DNA of 64,000 nt from Nitrospirota bacterium (GCA_014874185.1 JACWAF010000033.1:21234-85233); one strand, 5' to 3'; positions 45,049-54,706 are shown, numbered from the stretch's first letter. Program-made: numbers and translations. Notes: generated by a model not told the origin, from the sequence alone.

Positions 45049-46371
45049 TTATCCAGCCGGGATTCGCCGCAGCTCCTCGAAGAATTCCGGATAAGAGATA
45101 TTTACGGCCTGGGCTTCATCGATAACGGTTTTTCCTTCCGCCCGGAGCGCGGCAACGGCAAAGGCCATGGCAATCCTGTGGTCTCCGAAGCTCCGCACAA
45201 TGCCCCCCCGGAGCCTTCCGCCATTTATCGTGAGCCCGTCCTTATGTTCTTCCGTCTCTATCCCCATAGTCCTCAGGTTTTCGGATACGGCCTTTATCCT
45301 GTCTGATTCCTTTACCCGCAGCTCTTCGGCCCCCCTTATGGAGGACTCTCCGGACGCGGCCGACATGGCAACCGCAAGTATCGGCACTTCATCTATCAAG
45401 AGGGGGATTTCCCCCCCTCTTACGCTTGTCCCTTTCAGGCCCCCGGAATATCTTGCAACCAGGTCTCCCACCAGTTCGCCTGAGACCTCCTGTTTGTTTT
45501 CGATTTGGATATCCGCGCCCATTCGATGGAGCACGTTCAGAAGTCCTGTTCTCCTCTCGTTCAGCCCAACTCCCTTTATGAGCACCTCGGAGCCCGGCAC
45601 AAGCAGCGCGGCCACGATGAAGAAAGCGGCCGATGAAAAATCCCCAGGGACAATGAGTTCGAATGGGGCAAGCTCGTCTCCCGGCTCTACCGAGATCGTG
45701 TCCCCCTCCGCCCAGACCTTTGCCCCCTGCGCGGCGAGCATCCGCTCCGTATGATCTCTGGAATAGCCTGGCTCTTTTAAAACGGTCTTCCCTTCGGCAT
45801 AGAGCCCGGCCAGTATCAGGGCGGACTTTACTTGCGCCGAGGCCACCGGCATCTCGTAATTCATCCCCGTGAGATCGCCGCCTTTTACGGCCATCGGAAG
45901 AAATTTGTTTCCGCCCCTCGCCTTGATATCGGCCCCCATTTTCGACAAAGGCGTTATCACCCGCGCCATCGGGCGGGACCTCAGCGAGTCGTCTCCGGTG
46001 AGGACGGAAAAAAAAGGATTCCCGGCGAGGAGGCCTGATAATAGCCTTGCCGTTGTGCCTGAGTTCCCGCAGTCTATAACGTCAAAGGCCTCTTTTAAGC
46101 CGGAAAGGCCGCCTCCCCGTATGGTGAAACCTTCGGCCCTTTCTCCCACATTCGGGATTTTTTTCTTCCTTAGCTCGTCCATTTGCACGCCAAGAGACTT
46201 AAGGGCGCTCAGTGTGGAAAGGGTGTCCCCGGCTATAAGATAATTCCTTATAAGAGAGTCCCCTTTGGCTATGGCGGCGAATATCGCGGCCCTGTGGGAG
46301 ATGGACTTGTCGGGCGGCGGCTGTATTGTCCCCTTAAGAGGGGTTTTTATCTTCTCAAGCTCAATTCTCAA
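45049..46371 (-). CDS. aroA: 3-phosphoshikimate 1-carboxyvinyltransferase (EPSP synthase)
   Basis: PPDKSISHRA, NSGTTARLL, RVKESDR, DHRIAMAFAVA motifs. Confidence 0.93.
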   Translation of the reverse strand: MRIELEKIKTPLKGTIQPPPDKSISHRAAIFAAIAKGDSLIRNYLIAGDTLSTLSALKSLGVQMDELRKKKIPNVGERAEGFTIRGGGLSGLKEAFDVIDCGNSGTTARLLSGLLAGNPFFSVLTGDDSLRSRPMARVITPLSKMGADIKARGGNKFLPMAVKGGDLTGMNYEMPVASAQVKSALILAGLYAEGKTVLKEPGYSRDHTERMLAAQGAKVWAEGDTISVEPGDELAPFELIVPGDFSSAAFFIVAALLVPGSEVLIKGVGLNERRTGLLNVLHRMGADIQIENKQEVSGELVGDLVARYSGGLKGTSVRGGEIPLLIDEVPILAVAMSAASGESSIRGAEELRVKESDRIKAVSENLRTMGIETEEHKDGLTINGGRLRGGIVRSFGDHRIAMAFAVAALRAEGKTVIDEAQAVNISYPEFFEELRRIPAG

Positions 46372-47209
46372 GTGTCTTCCTCAGTTTCTGCGCGCGCGAA
46401 AGGAGGCGTTCAAGCGCATTGCCGTCCTTCTCTCTCAGGGCGGACGCGATCTTTTCAAGATTCTTTATGAACATTTCCAGATATGAGACCAGGTTGTCCC
46501 CGTTTAAAATGGATACATCCCGCCAGAGTTCAGGCGAGCTGGCGGCAATCCTCGTGGTGTCCTTTAATCCCGCGCCCGCCAGCTTCATGAGTTCGGGGTC
46601 CACATCGCCCACCGTGTTCACAAGCGCATAGGCCGCAAGGTGCGGAAGATGGCTCACCAGCGCGAAGATGCGGTCGTGCTCCATAGGGTCCATCAGTTCC
46701 ACCCTGCTGCCAAGTCTCTCCCAGAGGGAAGATATCTTTTTGAACGCCTCCTCATCAGTTGAAGGCGTTTTGGCAATAATGCACTTCATTCCTTTAAAGA
46801 GGTTTCCCCTCGCGTCAGCGATGCCAGGGCGTTCGCCCCCCGCGATCGGGTGGCAGGCCACATAACGGGGCAGGATTTTCTCAAGCTCATAGACGAGGTT
46901 TCCCTTTACGCTCCCAAGGTCTATCTGGATGGAACCGCCAGCCAGGTTTTTTTTAATCTGGCTCGAAATTTCCTTGAAACAGCCCACGGGGGTGGAGAGG
47001 ACCACAAGGTCCGCGCCCTTCACCGCCTGGGCGGGGTCAAGCGAAAAAGAATCAATAATTCCACGCTCTTTGGCTTCTTCCAGGTTCTCCTTGCGCCTGC
47101 CGAAACCGGCGATGTTGCTGCAAATGCCGTTCTCCCTTATCGCCAGCGCGAACGAGGCGCCAAGAAGGCCGACACCGAGGATAGCTGTCTTTTTGAAGGA
47201 GAACCCCAA
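46361..47209 (-). CDS. tyrA: Prephenate (or arogenate) dehydrogenase
   Basis: ILGVGLLGASFA Rossmann motif, HPIAG, SHLPH motifs. Confidence 0.8.
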   Translation of the reverse strand: MGFSFKKTAILGVGLLGASFALAIRENGICSNIAGFGRRKENLEEAKERGIIDSFSLDPAQAVKGADLVVLSTPVGCFKEISSQIKKNLAGGSIQIDLGSVKGNLVYELEKILPRYVACHPIAGGERPGIADARGNLFKGMKCIIAKTPSTDEEAFKKISSLWERLGSRVELMDPMEHDRIFALVSHLPHLAAYALVNTVGDVDPELMKLAGAGLKDTTRIAASSPELWRDVSILNGDNLVSYLEMFIKNLEKIASALREKDGNALERLLSRAQKLRKTLEN

Positions 47210-47215
47210 GCGGGC

Positions 47216-48241
47216 CTATATCTCCCTTCCCACTGCCTGGGCCACGGGTTTCAGTTCCTTCATCATCTGTTTGAAGGCGTCGGGCCTGAGGGACTGCTCG
47301 CCGTCCGAGAGGGCCTCTTCGGGATGCGTGTGCACTTCGATAACCAGCCCGTCCGCCCCGGCCGCGACGGCCGCCTTCGCCATCGGGGAGACGTGCTCCA
47401 TGATCCCCACGCCATGGCTTGGGTCTACCACGACGGGCAGGTGAGTAAGCTTTTTAAGGACGGGCACGGCGCTCAAATCCAGGGTGTTTCTGGTTGCCGT
47501 CTCGAATGTCCTTATGCCGCGCTCGCAGAGGATCACGTTCATGTTGCCTCGGCTCATGATGTACTCCGCGGACATGAGCCATTCCTTTATGGTGGCCGAG
47601 AGGCCGCGCTTCAGGAGGATGGGCTTTTTGCTCTCGCCCACCACCAGAAGGAGCCTGAAATTCTGCATGTTCCTTGCGCCAATCTGTATCACATCGGAGT
47701 ACTTTTCGATCACGTCAATATCGCGCGGGTCCATTATCTCGGTCACTATCGGAAGCCCCGATTTCTCGCGCGCGAGGGCAAGGTATTTCAAACCCTCTTC
47801 CCCAAGGCCCTGGAAGGAGTAGGGCGAAGTCCTTGGCTTGAAGGCGCCGCCCCGCAGGAAGCTTGCGCCGGCCTTTTTTACTTCCTTCGCTATCTCCACC
47901 ATCATCGACTGGTTCTCTACGGAGCAGGGCCCGGCTATAACGCAAATCTTTTTGCCGCCTATGACCTGCTTGCCCACCTTTACCGTGGTGGCGGTCTTCT
48001 TGAACTCGCGGCTTGCCAGCCTGTACGGTTTCAGGATGCGCATCACGGTCTCCACGCCCGCGGCCGCGCGGATGGAGTTTTCCACCTCTTCGTTCACCTT
48101 CGATGTGTTCCCTATGACCCCGATGATGGTCCTCTCGGTCCCCTTTGATACGGTCGCTTCCAAGCCTAAGCTTTCAAGCCTCTTTATGATGTGCTTCTTC
48201 TCTTTCTCGCTTGCACGGGGTTTTAAAACGATGATGTCCAA
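47216..48241 (-). CDS. aroF: 3-deoxy-7-phosphoheptulonate (DAHP) synthase, type I-beta with N-terminal ferredoxin-like regulatory domain
   Basis: 341 aa. [21 protein letters not shown] and DPSH motifs. An ~70-aa N-terminal domain as in the Thermotoga-type enzyme. Confidence 0.85.
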   Translation of the reverse strand: MDIIVLKPRASEKEKKHIIKRLESLGLEATVSKGTERTIIGVIGNTSKVNEEVENSIRAAAGVETVMRILKPYRLASREFKKTATTVKVGKQVIGGKKICVIAGPCSVENQSMMVEIAKEVKKAGASFLRGGAFKPRTSPYSFQGLGEEGLKYLALAREKSGLPIVTEIMDPRDIDVIEKYSDVIQIGARNMQNFRLLLVVGESKKPILLKRGLSATIKEWLMSAEYIMSRGNMNVILCERGIRTFETATRNTLDLSAVPVLKKLTHLPVVVDPSHGVGIMEHVSPMAKAAVAAGADGLVIEVHTHPEEALSDGEQSLRPDAFKQMMKELKPVAQAVGREI

Positions 48242-48284
48242 TTCAGCCTCCAGAATTCATTTATTGATGTTTCGAAATAGGATA

Positions 48285-48455
48285 TACATAATTATACGTA
48301 AATCCCTCCTAACCTCCCTTTTCCAAAGGGAGGGATTACCCCTCTTTGGAACGGGGTCCCCGAAAAGTGGCAGACTTTTTGGGGTGCAGGTTGAGGGGTG
48401 AGGGGAGATTTCCAGTTAAAATGTCTATTCAATTATGAGACCCTTAATATCTAAA
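48285..48455. repeat. Structured intergenic repeat, family B copy 2 (longer; overlaps the last ~10 codons and stop of hisC)
   Basis: Shares the AATCCCTCCTAACCTCCCT core (48301-48319), the two hairpins, GGGGAGATTT and the AAATGTCTATTCAATTATGAGACCCTTAATA tail with 1265-1392, and carries an extra ~40-bp insert. The hisC stop (48425-48427) lies inside the tail. Confidence 0.6.
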
Positions 48456-49519
48456 ATTTTTTTGAGCGTTTCTATAAGACGGGCATTCTCTTCGGGGGTG
48501 CCTATGGTGATCCTCACCGCCCCCGGCCCCATCGGCCTTATGATGACCCCATCGCGAAGGAGCTTTTCATATAAAGAGGCGGCATTCTCCACCGGAAGAA
48601 AGATGAAATTGGCCTCCGTCGGAATATATTCCAGTCCCAGGGCGGATAGCTCCCCGTAAAGGAATTCTTTTCCTTGATTATTGATCTTTCTGGACATCTC
48701 CACATGCCCGACGTCGTCCAGGGCAGCCATGGCGGCCGCCTGCGAGATAGCGCCGGTATTGAAGGGCGGCCTCACGCGGTCCATCTGGTCAAGAATTCCC
48801 GGATGGCTTATCCCGTAGCCTATGCGCAGCCCCGCAAGGCCATAAATCTTCGAGAACGTCCTTAATATGAGGATATTTTTTTTCGCGAGAAAATGTCTCA
48901 TGCTGCGGGCGTATTCGGGTGCGGTCACGTATTCGTAATAGGCCTCGTCCATCACCACAAGAATTTCCGGCGGAATGGAGGCGAAGAGCCCGTCCAGTTC
49001 GGCCTCCGTGTTTATCGTGCCCGTTGGGTTATTGGGGTTTGCTATGAAGAGCATCCTGGTTTTTGGGGTCACGGCCTTTGCCATCGCGTCAAGATCGTGC
49101 CTGAAATCCCCGGTCAGAGGCACTTCCACGGGGATCCCGCCCTGTATCCGCACGGACGAGGCGTATACCACAAAGGACGGGCGGGCCATCACGGCCTCGT
49201 CGCCGGGGCCCATGAACGTGCGGACGGCTATATCCAGAAGCTCGTTGGAGCCGTTTCCAAGGATAAAGCAATCCTGATTGACACCCAGCACCTGAGAGAG
49301 CTTTTGCCTTAAGTAGAAACCGCCGCCGTCGGGGTAGCGGTTCAGCCCCGCCGTGCAGTTTGCGATTGCCTCGATGGCAAGCTTTGAGGGGCCAAGGGGA
49401 TTTTCGTTTGAGGCAAGCTTTATCGAGCCCTTTATGCCAAGCTCGCGCTCCAGCTCCTCTGCCGGTTTTCCCGGCACGTATGCCTTCACCTGAAGGACGT
49501 AATCAGGCGCCTTTATCAT
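48425..49519 (-). CDS. hisC: Histidinol-phosphate / aromatic aminotransferase (class II PLP)
   Basis: LASNENPLGP, NPNNPTG, RTFSKIYGLAGLRIGY (PLP Lys context). Start set at the ATG at 49519 (MIKAPDYV); an alternative ATG lies at 49546. Confidence 0.85.
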   Translation of the reverse strand: MIKAPDYVLQVKAYVPGKPAEELERELGIKGSIKLASNENPLGPSKLAIEAIANCTAGLNRYPDGGGFYLRQKLSQVLGVNQDCFILGNGSNELLDIAVRTFMGPGDEAVMARPSFVVYASSVRIQGGIPVEVPLTGDFRHDLDAMAKAVTPKTRMLFIANPNNPTGTINTEAELDGLFASIPPEILVVMDEAYYEYVTAPEYARSMRHFLAKKNILILRTFSKIYGLAGLRIGYGISHPGILDQMDRVRPPFNTGAISQAAAMAALDDVGHVEMSRKINNQGKEFLYGELSALGLEYIPTEANFIFLPVENAASLYEKLLRDGVIIRPMGPGAVRITIGTPEENARLIETLKKILDIKGLIIE

Positions 49520-50588
49520 CTTCAATCCCCATCGGATAAGAGCCAAGGATCTTCAGGAAAAGACAGTTGTCTTCTATTTCTTTTATGGCCTTTTTAACAG
49601 TCTCGTTCTGGACATGCCCTTCCATATCCACAAAGAATATATACTCCCAGGCCTTTCGTTTTGACGGCCTGGACTCTATCTTCGTGAGGTTCAGCCCCGA
49701 TTTCTTGAACGGCTCAAGTATGTCGTACAGCGCGCCGGGCCTGTCCTTGATGGAAAACATTATGGATGTCTTGTCTCTTCCGGTTACGGGCGGGCTCTCC
49801 TTCCCGATTATCAGGAACCGGGTGTAATTGTGCCTCCTGTCTTCTATCTGCCTGGCCGCGAATTTAAGGTCATACAGCCTTGCCGCCGCCTCGCTGGCGA
49901 TGGCCGCCGCGCCTTCTTCCCTGGCCGCGATCTCCGCCGCCTTGGCGGTGCTGCTTGTGTCCAGGAGCATCGCGCCGGGCAGGTTTTTTTCAAGCCATTC
50001 CTTGCACTGGGCAATGCCCTGCGGGTGGGAGTATACCCGCTTTATCTTCGAGAGGTCTCCGTCCCTTGAGAGTAGGTTGTGGGAGACCTCGAGCATCACC
50101 TCGGCTATCACCTTAAGGTCGTAGTCTATGAACATGTCCAGGGTATAGCTTACGACGCCCTCGTTGGAGTTCTCTATCGGGACCACGCCGTAAGAGGCCC
50201 GTCCGGTGTCCACTGCCTCGAATACTTCTTTTATGCTGTCCACCGGTATGTATTCGGAAGAGGAGCCAAAATGCCTCAGCGCGGCAAGGTGGGTATAGGT
50301 GGCCAAGGGGCCAAGGCAGGCTATCTTCAAGGGCTCTTCCAGTGAGCGGGAGGCCGATATTATCTCCCTGTAGATGGTCTTCAGCGCGTCATCTGGGAAA
50401 GGGCCTTCGTTTTGCGCCTTTATCCTCTCCAGCACCTCTCTTTCCCGTCCGGGGGAATAGGTGTGGGCATTGTTCCTGCGTTTTATCCTGCCAATCTCCA
50501 TGGCGAGCCTGGCCCGCTCATTGAGGAGCTTTAATAATTCCCCGTCGATGCGGTCGATTCCTTTTCTGAGGTCTTCGAGTTCTTTCAT
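49503..50588 (-). CDS. pheA: Bifunctional chorismate mutase / prephenate dehydratase (P-protein)
   Basis: The N-terminal CM helix motif R..ID.ID.ELL.LL..R, a PDT domain (TRF, ESRP) and a C-terminal ACT domain. Confidence 0.9.
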   Translation of the reverse strand: MKELEDLRKGIDRIDGELLKLLNERARLAMEIGRIKRRNNAHTYSPGREREVLERIKAQNEGPFPDDALKTIYREIISASRSLEEPLKIACLGPLATYTHLAALRHFGSSSEYIPVDSIKEVFEAVDTGRASYGVVPIENSNEGVVSYTLDMFIDYDLKVIAEVMLEVSHNLLSRDGDLSKIKRVYSHPQGIAQCKEWLEKNLPGAMLLDTSSTAKAAEIAAREEGAAAIASEAAARLYDLKFAARQIEDRRHNYTRFLIIGKESPPVTGRDKTSIMFSIKDRPGALYDILEPFKKSGLNLTKIESRPSKRKAWEYIFFVDMEGHVQNETVKKAIKEIEDNCLFLKILGSYPMGIEDDKGA

Positions 50589-50696
50589 AATGGCCTTTTA
50601 CCGGTAAAGCTTAGAATAATATTTTTTTCCTTGTTTTTTCAAGGATTATGCCCCTGAATTTGTAATGGCGGGAGCACTGAATGTATAATTCCGGTT

Positions 50697-51236
50697 ATGG
50701 ACGAGCGGGAAAAGAAAATAGCCGAAAAGGTAATGGGCGAAGAGCGCGAGACGGTCATGCTCACCGGGCTTGTCCGGGAGAGGGTTTACGAGTTCCTTGT
50801 AATGAAAAAAGGCTACTTGCCCGAAGAGATAGAGATAGACATGCCCCTGGAGGTCTCGGACGGGAAAAGATCGGAAGAGTGCACGGTGGACTATATTGTA
50901 AGGCCCGGGGGCAGGCCCCTTATGGCCATCAAATGCGCCCTGACCGCCCTGGAATCCAGCGAGAGGCATATCCTGGCCTTCTGCCGTGTGGCGGGCGGGA
51001 TACCCATAAGCGTGGTCACAAACAGCGAGGCCGCAAGGGTCATCGATACCAAAAGCGGAAAGCTTGTCTCCGAGGACATTCAATCTCTTCCCGGCAGGGC
51101 GGAGGGGCTGGAGATGACTGAAAAGCTTGGAGCCAACTATTCCGAAGACAGGATCGCAAAAGAAAAACGGATACTTCTGGCCTTCAACGCGCTCAGGTGC
51201 TCCGCGCCAAACGCCTGCCCTGGAAAAGAGGAATAA
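50697..51236 (+). CDS. Small HsdR_N-like (PD-(D/E)xK fold) domain protein; function unknown
   Basis: 179 aa. VDYIV...PLMAIKC...SERHILAFCRVAGGIPISVVTNSEAARVID resembles the D...(E/A)xK...Q..Y...y.v.TNG pattern of type I restriction enzyme R N-terminal domains (from memory). No hsdM/hsdS nearby. Confidence 0.45.
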   Translation: MDEREKKIAEKVMGEERETVMLTGLVRERVYEFLVMKKGYLPEEIEIDMPLEVSDGKRSEECTVDYIVRPGGRPLMAIKCALTALESSERHILAFCRVAGGIPISVVTNSEAARVIDTKSGKLVSEDIQSLPGRAEGLEMTEKLGANYSEDRIAKEKRILLAFNALRCSAPNACPGKEE

Positions 51237-51337
51237 CTGTTCTTTTTCTTGTAAGAAAAAGAACCAAAAAGAACTTCTGGATTTTTTCGCTCCCGTTCGG
51301 GAGCGAAAAAATATTAAGAGTTTTTTCTCTTTGGTTT
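51237..51337. repeat. Structured AT-rich repeat, family C copy 2
   Basis: Hairpins at 51239-51264 (GTTCTTTTTC-TTGTAA-GAAAAAGAAC) and 51281-51312 (ATTTTTTCGCTCCC-GTTC-GGGAGCGAAAAAAT), with linker CAAAAAGAACTTCT. It exactly fills the gap between two convergent stops. Confidence 0.6.
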
Positions 51338-52639
51338 TTATTTCCCCTCGGTCGAGACGGTTATGGTCTTCTCCGCCTTGTTGAAGAGGAAGGCGTTATC
51401 GTCCTTCACGCCGAATGGCTCGTACCATAGCTCTACGAGGACGTTGATCTTGTCATTAAGTATTTTCCGCACCGGTTTGCCGTCAATGGCCACATCCCGG
51501 CAGGGGAATTTGAACGTGAACTTCTCGTCGACATCTCGAAGCGGCGGAAGGCTTGTGTCCCTCAGGATACCGCTCTTTTCGTATGGTCCTCTGCCCATCC
51601 GGTCTCCGCGGCCCAACTGCAGCGGGATCGGCATGTAGATCCTGGAATCCTTGAAAACTTCCTGCCCGTCAGGTGTCTTAGCGGTGACTTCCAGCACCAG
51701 CCTGTTGGGGGTAGGTCAACCATCGGGTATGCCGTGGCCGGCCTTGTTTCTCAGATGGACCCGCACCTCGCCCTGGGGGACGATAACAGTGCCGTCACGC
51801 CAGATATCGGCGTCCGCGTGTACGTCGAAGTCCACGGCCATCTTTTGCATCTCCGGCGAGCGGTAGCTCTGCATATTGTGCCCAAGGCCGCTCTTTTCCA
51901 TATGGCATTCCTGGCAGGTCTCGTTGCCCCCCTCGGCCCTGTAGACCATGTTATAGCTGGCGTAAAGGGTGGCGCACTGGGAGGGGTTGTCGAACTCGAA
52001 ATTGGGCCCTGTGCCGTGGCATTGCCCGCAGAGGACGGATTCCTTCATTATGAAACTCTTTTTAAGCTTCGTGAAGGTCGGGTGCGGGTGCTTGCCATCC
52101 CTGGTGCCGTAGACGGTGTCCTTCTGGGGATAGCCGTCCGCCCATTTGTGGATTATGGCGTTCCGGTTATGGCAGATAAGGCAATTGATGTTTACCTTTT
52201 CAAGCTGCTCTCTGGCATGCGCCGCCACCTTCTCGTCTGGCGAGGATAGGTCGAAGACGTTTTTCATGATCTCCCTGGCCACGGAGTCCTCCGCGTCTTT
52301 CAATTGCGGCAGGTGGCACTTGGCGCAGACCATCAGGTGCACCACCTTGACGTCCTCGGGCTTCTTCACGCCGGAGTAGGGCCATTCCATGAACCCGTTA
52401 ATGCTGGTGGTCTTAAGCGTGGCCGCCGTACGGCCTGTGCCGAAGATGCTCCTTGAGTGGATGGATTTCTGCCAGTCCTCGTAGATCCTGGCATGGCATT
52501 CCTTGCACGAGCTGGAATCGTACATGGCCGCAAGCTCGTCAATCGTCTTCGCCTTCTTTGTCTCGGCCCCTGACTGGCCAGGCAGGGATAAGACGGCCAG
52601 GGCGAGGGCGAGACAGAACACTGCTCCCGCTGATCGCAT
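51338..52639 (-). CDS. Secreted pentaheme c-type cytochrome whose frame continues through an in-frame TGA (51716-51718)
   Basis: Signal peptide, then five CxxCH motifs (CKECH, CAKCH, CLICH, CGQCH, CQECH). The 307-aa ORF ends ...NKAGHGIPDG-TGA. The same frame continues PTPNRLVLEVTAKTPDGQEVF... for 125 more codons to TAA at 51338. The ORF track lists the tail as a separate GTG-started 119-aa ORF. Confidence 0.7.
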
Positions 52640-52984
52640 AGACTCCTCCTCCTGTTTTGGTCCTAAATAAAATACCCGCTTCCCGATTATCCATGGAAAG
52701 AAGCTAAACGTAAATCGTACAAAGCAAAAAAGATCACCAAAACTTCGGATTCAGCAGAAATCCTCCATCTCCTGGCCATATTTAAGCACTATTTAAAAAG
52801 AAGTCAATGGGTTTATAAACTATATGATTATTTTCCGCGTTTGTTCCTGGAAAGAGGGCCTTTTCAAAACTGCCTAAAATCTGAAAATAGCGTAAAATAT
52901 TACTATCTTCTGGCTGGCGGCTCGCTTGACAGTTCAGGCGGGCCCTCTATATTATTTAAGACTTGTGTGAAGGATGGCGGAAAG

Positions 52985-53488
52985 GTGAAAATAAAAGTAT
53001 CTGAAATCCCCGACGAGGGGCTGGAGATAGACGAAAGGACTTCGTTGAGGCCCAACGAAGGCGAAACGCCGGCGGAACTGAAGCTCAGGCTTCAGAAGCA
53101 GGGCCCGGAGGTGACCATCAGCGGCTCTATAAAGGCGCAGGTCACGCTTGTTTGCGGGCGTTGCCTCAAGGAGTTTCAGAAGGACACGGAGATACCGGTG
53201 GAGCTGGTCTACATGCCGGTCCGGGAATTGCGGGAGGAAAAACACGAACTTGAGCCCGACGAGCTGGACACGGGCTTTTATAAAGAGGACGAGATAGACC
53301 TGGACAGCATAGCCGGCGAGCAGGTGCTCCTGAGCGTCCCCATGAAGGCGCTCTGCAGTGACGCCTGCAAGGGCATCTGCCCCAAGTGCGGGGCCGACCT
53401 GAACGCGGGGGAGTGCGGGTGCTCTATCGAGTCCGGCGGCGGGTCAAAATTCGCCGACCTCAAGAAATTCATGAAGGAAAGGAGCTAA
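52985..53488 (+). CDS. yceD: YceD/DUF177 family protein (23S rRNA accumulation protein)
   Basis: GTG at 52985 (VKIKVSEIPDEG). CGRCL...CKGICPKCGADLN cysteine pairs. Lies immediately upstream of rpmF, as is typical. Confidence 0.8.
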   Translation: MKIKVSEIPDEGLEIDERTSLRPNEGETPAELKLRLQKQGPEVTISGSIKAQVTLVCGRCLKEFQKDTEIPVELVYMPVRELREEKHELEPDELDTGFYKEDEIDLDSIAGEQVLLSVPMKALCSDACKGICPKCGADLNAGECGCSIESGGGSKFADLKKFMKERS

Positions 53489-53492
53489 AAAG

Positions 53493-53681
53493 ATGGCTAA
53501 CCCAACCCACAGACATACCAGGACCAGAAGGGACAAGCGCAGGGCCAACTGTAAAGGCGAGCTGCCGGTGCTTGTGGCCTGCCCGGAGTGCGGCGAGCCC
53601 AGGGTCCCCCACAGAGTATGCCAGAGCTGCGGCACCTACAATAAAAGGAAAGTCCTGGAGATAGTGGAAAAAGAGGCATGA
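53493..53681 (+). CDS. rpmF: 50S ribosomal protein L32
   Basis: MANPTHRHTRTRRDKRRA..., CPECGE...CQSCG zinc-ribbon form. Confidence 0.95.
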   Translation: MANPTHRHTRTRRDKRRANCKGELPVLVACPECGEPRVPHRVCQSCGTYNKRKVLEIVEKEA

Positions 53682-54706
53682 GGATTGTCCTTGACGCCAT
53701 GGGCGGGGACCACGCCCCTTCTGTAATTGTCGAAGGTGCGATTGAAGCGGCAAACGAATACGATGACCTGGAAGTCATACTGGTAGGAGACGAGGGCGCA
53801 ATCCAGAGGGAGCTTTCCGGCAAGAAATACCCCGCATCCCGCATCTCGGTAAGGCATGCCCCCGAAGTTATCGGCATGGGAGAGCCCCCCCTGCAGGCGA
53901 TCAGGAGAAAAAAGAACTCGTCCATCCGCAAGGCGTTCGATATCGTGAAAGCGGGCGAGGGGGACGCGGTTGTGACCGCCGGGCATTCCGGCGTGGCAAT
54001 GGCCCTTGCCCTTATCGTGCTTGGCACTTCGGAAGGCGTGGACAGGCCCGCCATCGCGGCCATCATGCCTACGTTCAAAAAGCCCTTCGTCCTTATAGAC
54101 GCAGGCGCAAACGTGGACACCGGGCCGGCCAATCTGCTTCAATTCGCCCTGATGGGCAATTCCTACGCGAGGCATATCTGGAACCGGGAGTATCCGAAAA
54201 TTGCCCTCCTCAGCATCGGCGAAGAGGCCACCAAAGGCAACGAGCTTACCAAAGAGGCTTTCAAGCTGATAAGCGATTCCGGCCTGGACTTTATCGGAAA
54301 TATGGAAGGAAAAGACATATTCCTCGGAGAGGCCGACGTGGTGGTCTGCGATGGTTTCGTGGGCAATATCGTGCTCAAGACCAGCGAAGGGCTTGCCGAG
54401 GTGATAATAAAAATGCTTAAACGCGAGATCGCGGGCGTCACCATGGGCAGGGTGGCATACCTCCTCATAAAGGGCGCGGTCAGGGCGTTCAAGAAGAAAA
54501 CGGATTACGCCGAGTACGGCGGCGCGCCCCTTCTTGGTGTGAACGGCACCTGCATCATAGGTCACGGCCGCTCTACCAGCAAGGCGGTCAAAAACGCCAT
54601 TAAAGTGGCCTCCGAATTCGCGAGGAAAAAAGTCTACCAGATCATCTCCGAGGAAATAAAGAAGACCAATCCCTCCGTTAAAGGCAATACCCTTGCCGCG
54701 GGCTAG
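53678..54706 (+). CDS. plsX: Phosphate acyltransferase PlsX
   Basis: ATGA overlap with rpmF. MRIVLDAMGGDHAP, GNSGA-like HSGV, GFVGN, GAPLLGVNG motifs. Confidence 0.95.
   Translation: MRIVLDAMGGDHAPSVIVEGAIEAANEYDDLEVILVGDEGAIQRELSGKKYPASRISVRHAPEVIGMGEPPLQAIRRKKNSSIRKAFDIVKAGEGDAVVTAGHSGVAMALALIVLGTSEGVDRPAIAAIMPTFKKPFVLIDAGANVDTGPANLLQFALMGNSYARHIWNREYPKIALLSIGEEATKGNELTKEAFKLISDSGLDFIGNMEGKDIFLGEADVVVCDGFVGNIVLKTSEGLAEVIIKMLKREIAGVTMGRVAYLLIKGAVRAFKKKTDYAEYGGAPLLGVNGTCIIGHGRSTSKAVKNAIKVASEFARKKVYQIISEEIKKTNPSVKGNTLAAG

Noticed and set aside
50697-51236. HsdR_N-like protein as evidence of a type I restriction-modification system
   Set aside because: No hsdM, hsdS or helicase/ATPase part of hsdR is present anywhere in the window. 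The catalytic acidic residue appears to be replaced.
51716-51718. Global reassignment of TGA (for example code 4 or 25) as the explanation for the two in-frame TGAs
   Set aside because: TGA is clearly used as a normal stop by many well-defined genes here (nuoA, nuoB, nuoE, nuoG, nuoL, rpmF, MFS, tsaB), often in ATGA/GTGA coupled junctions. Only site-specific recoding or mutation remains possible.
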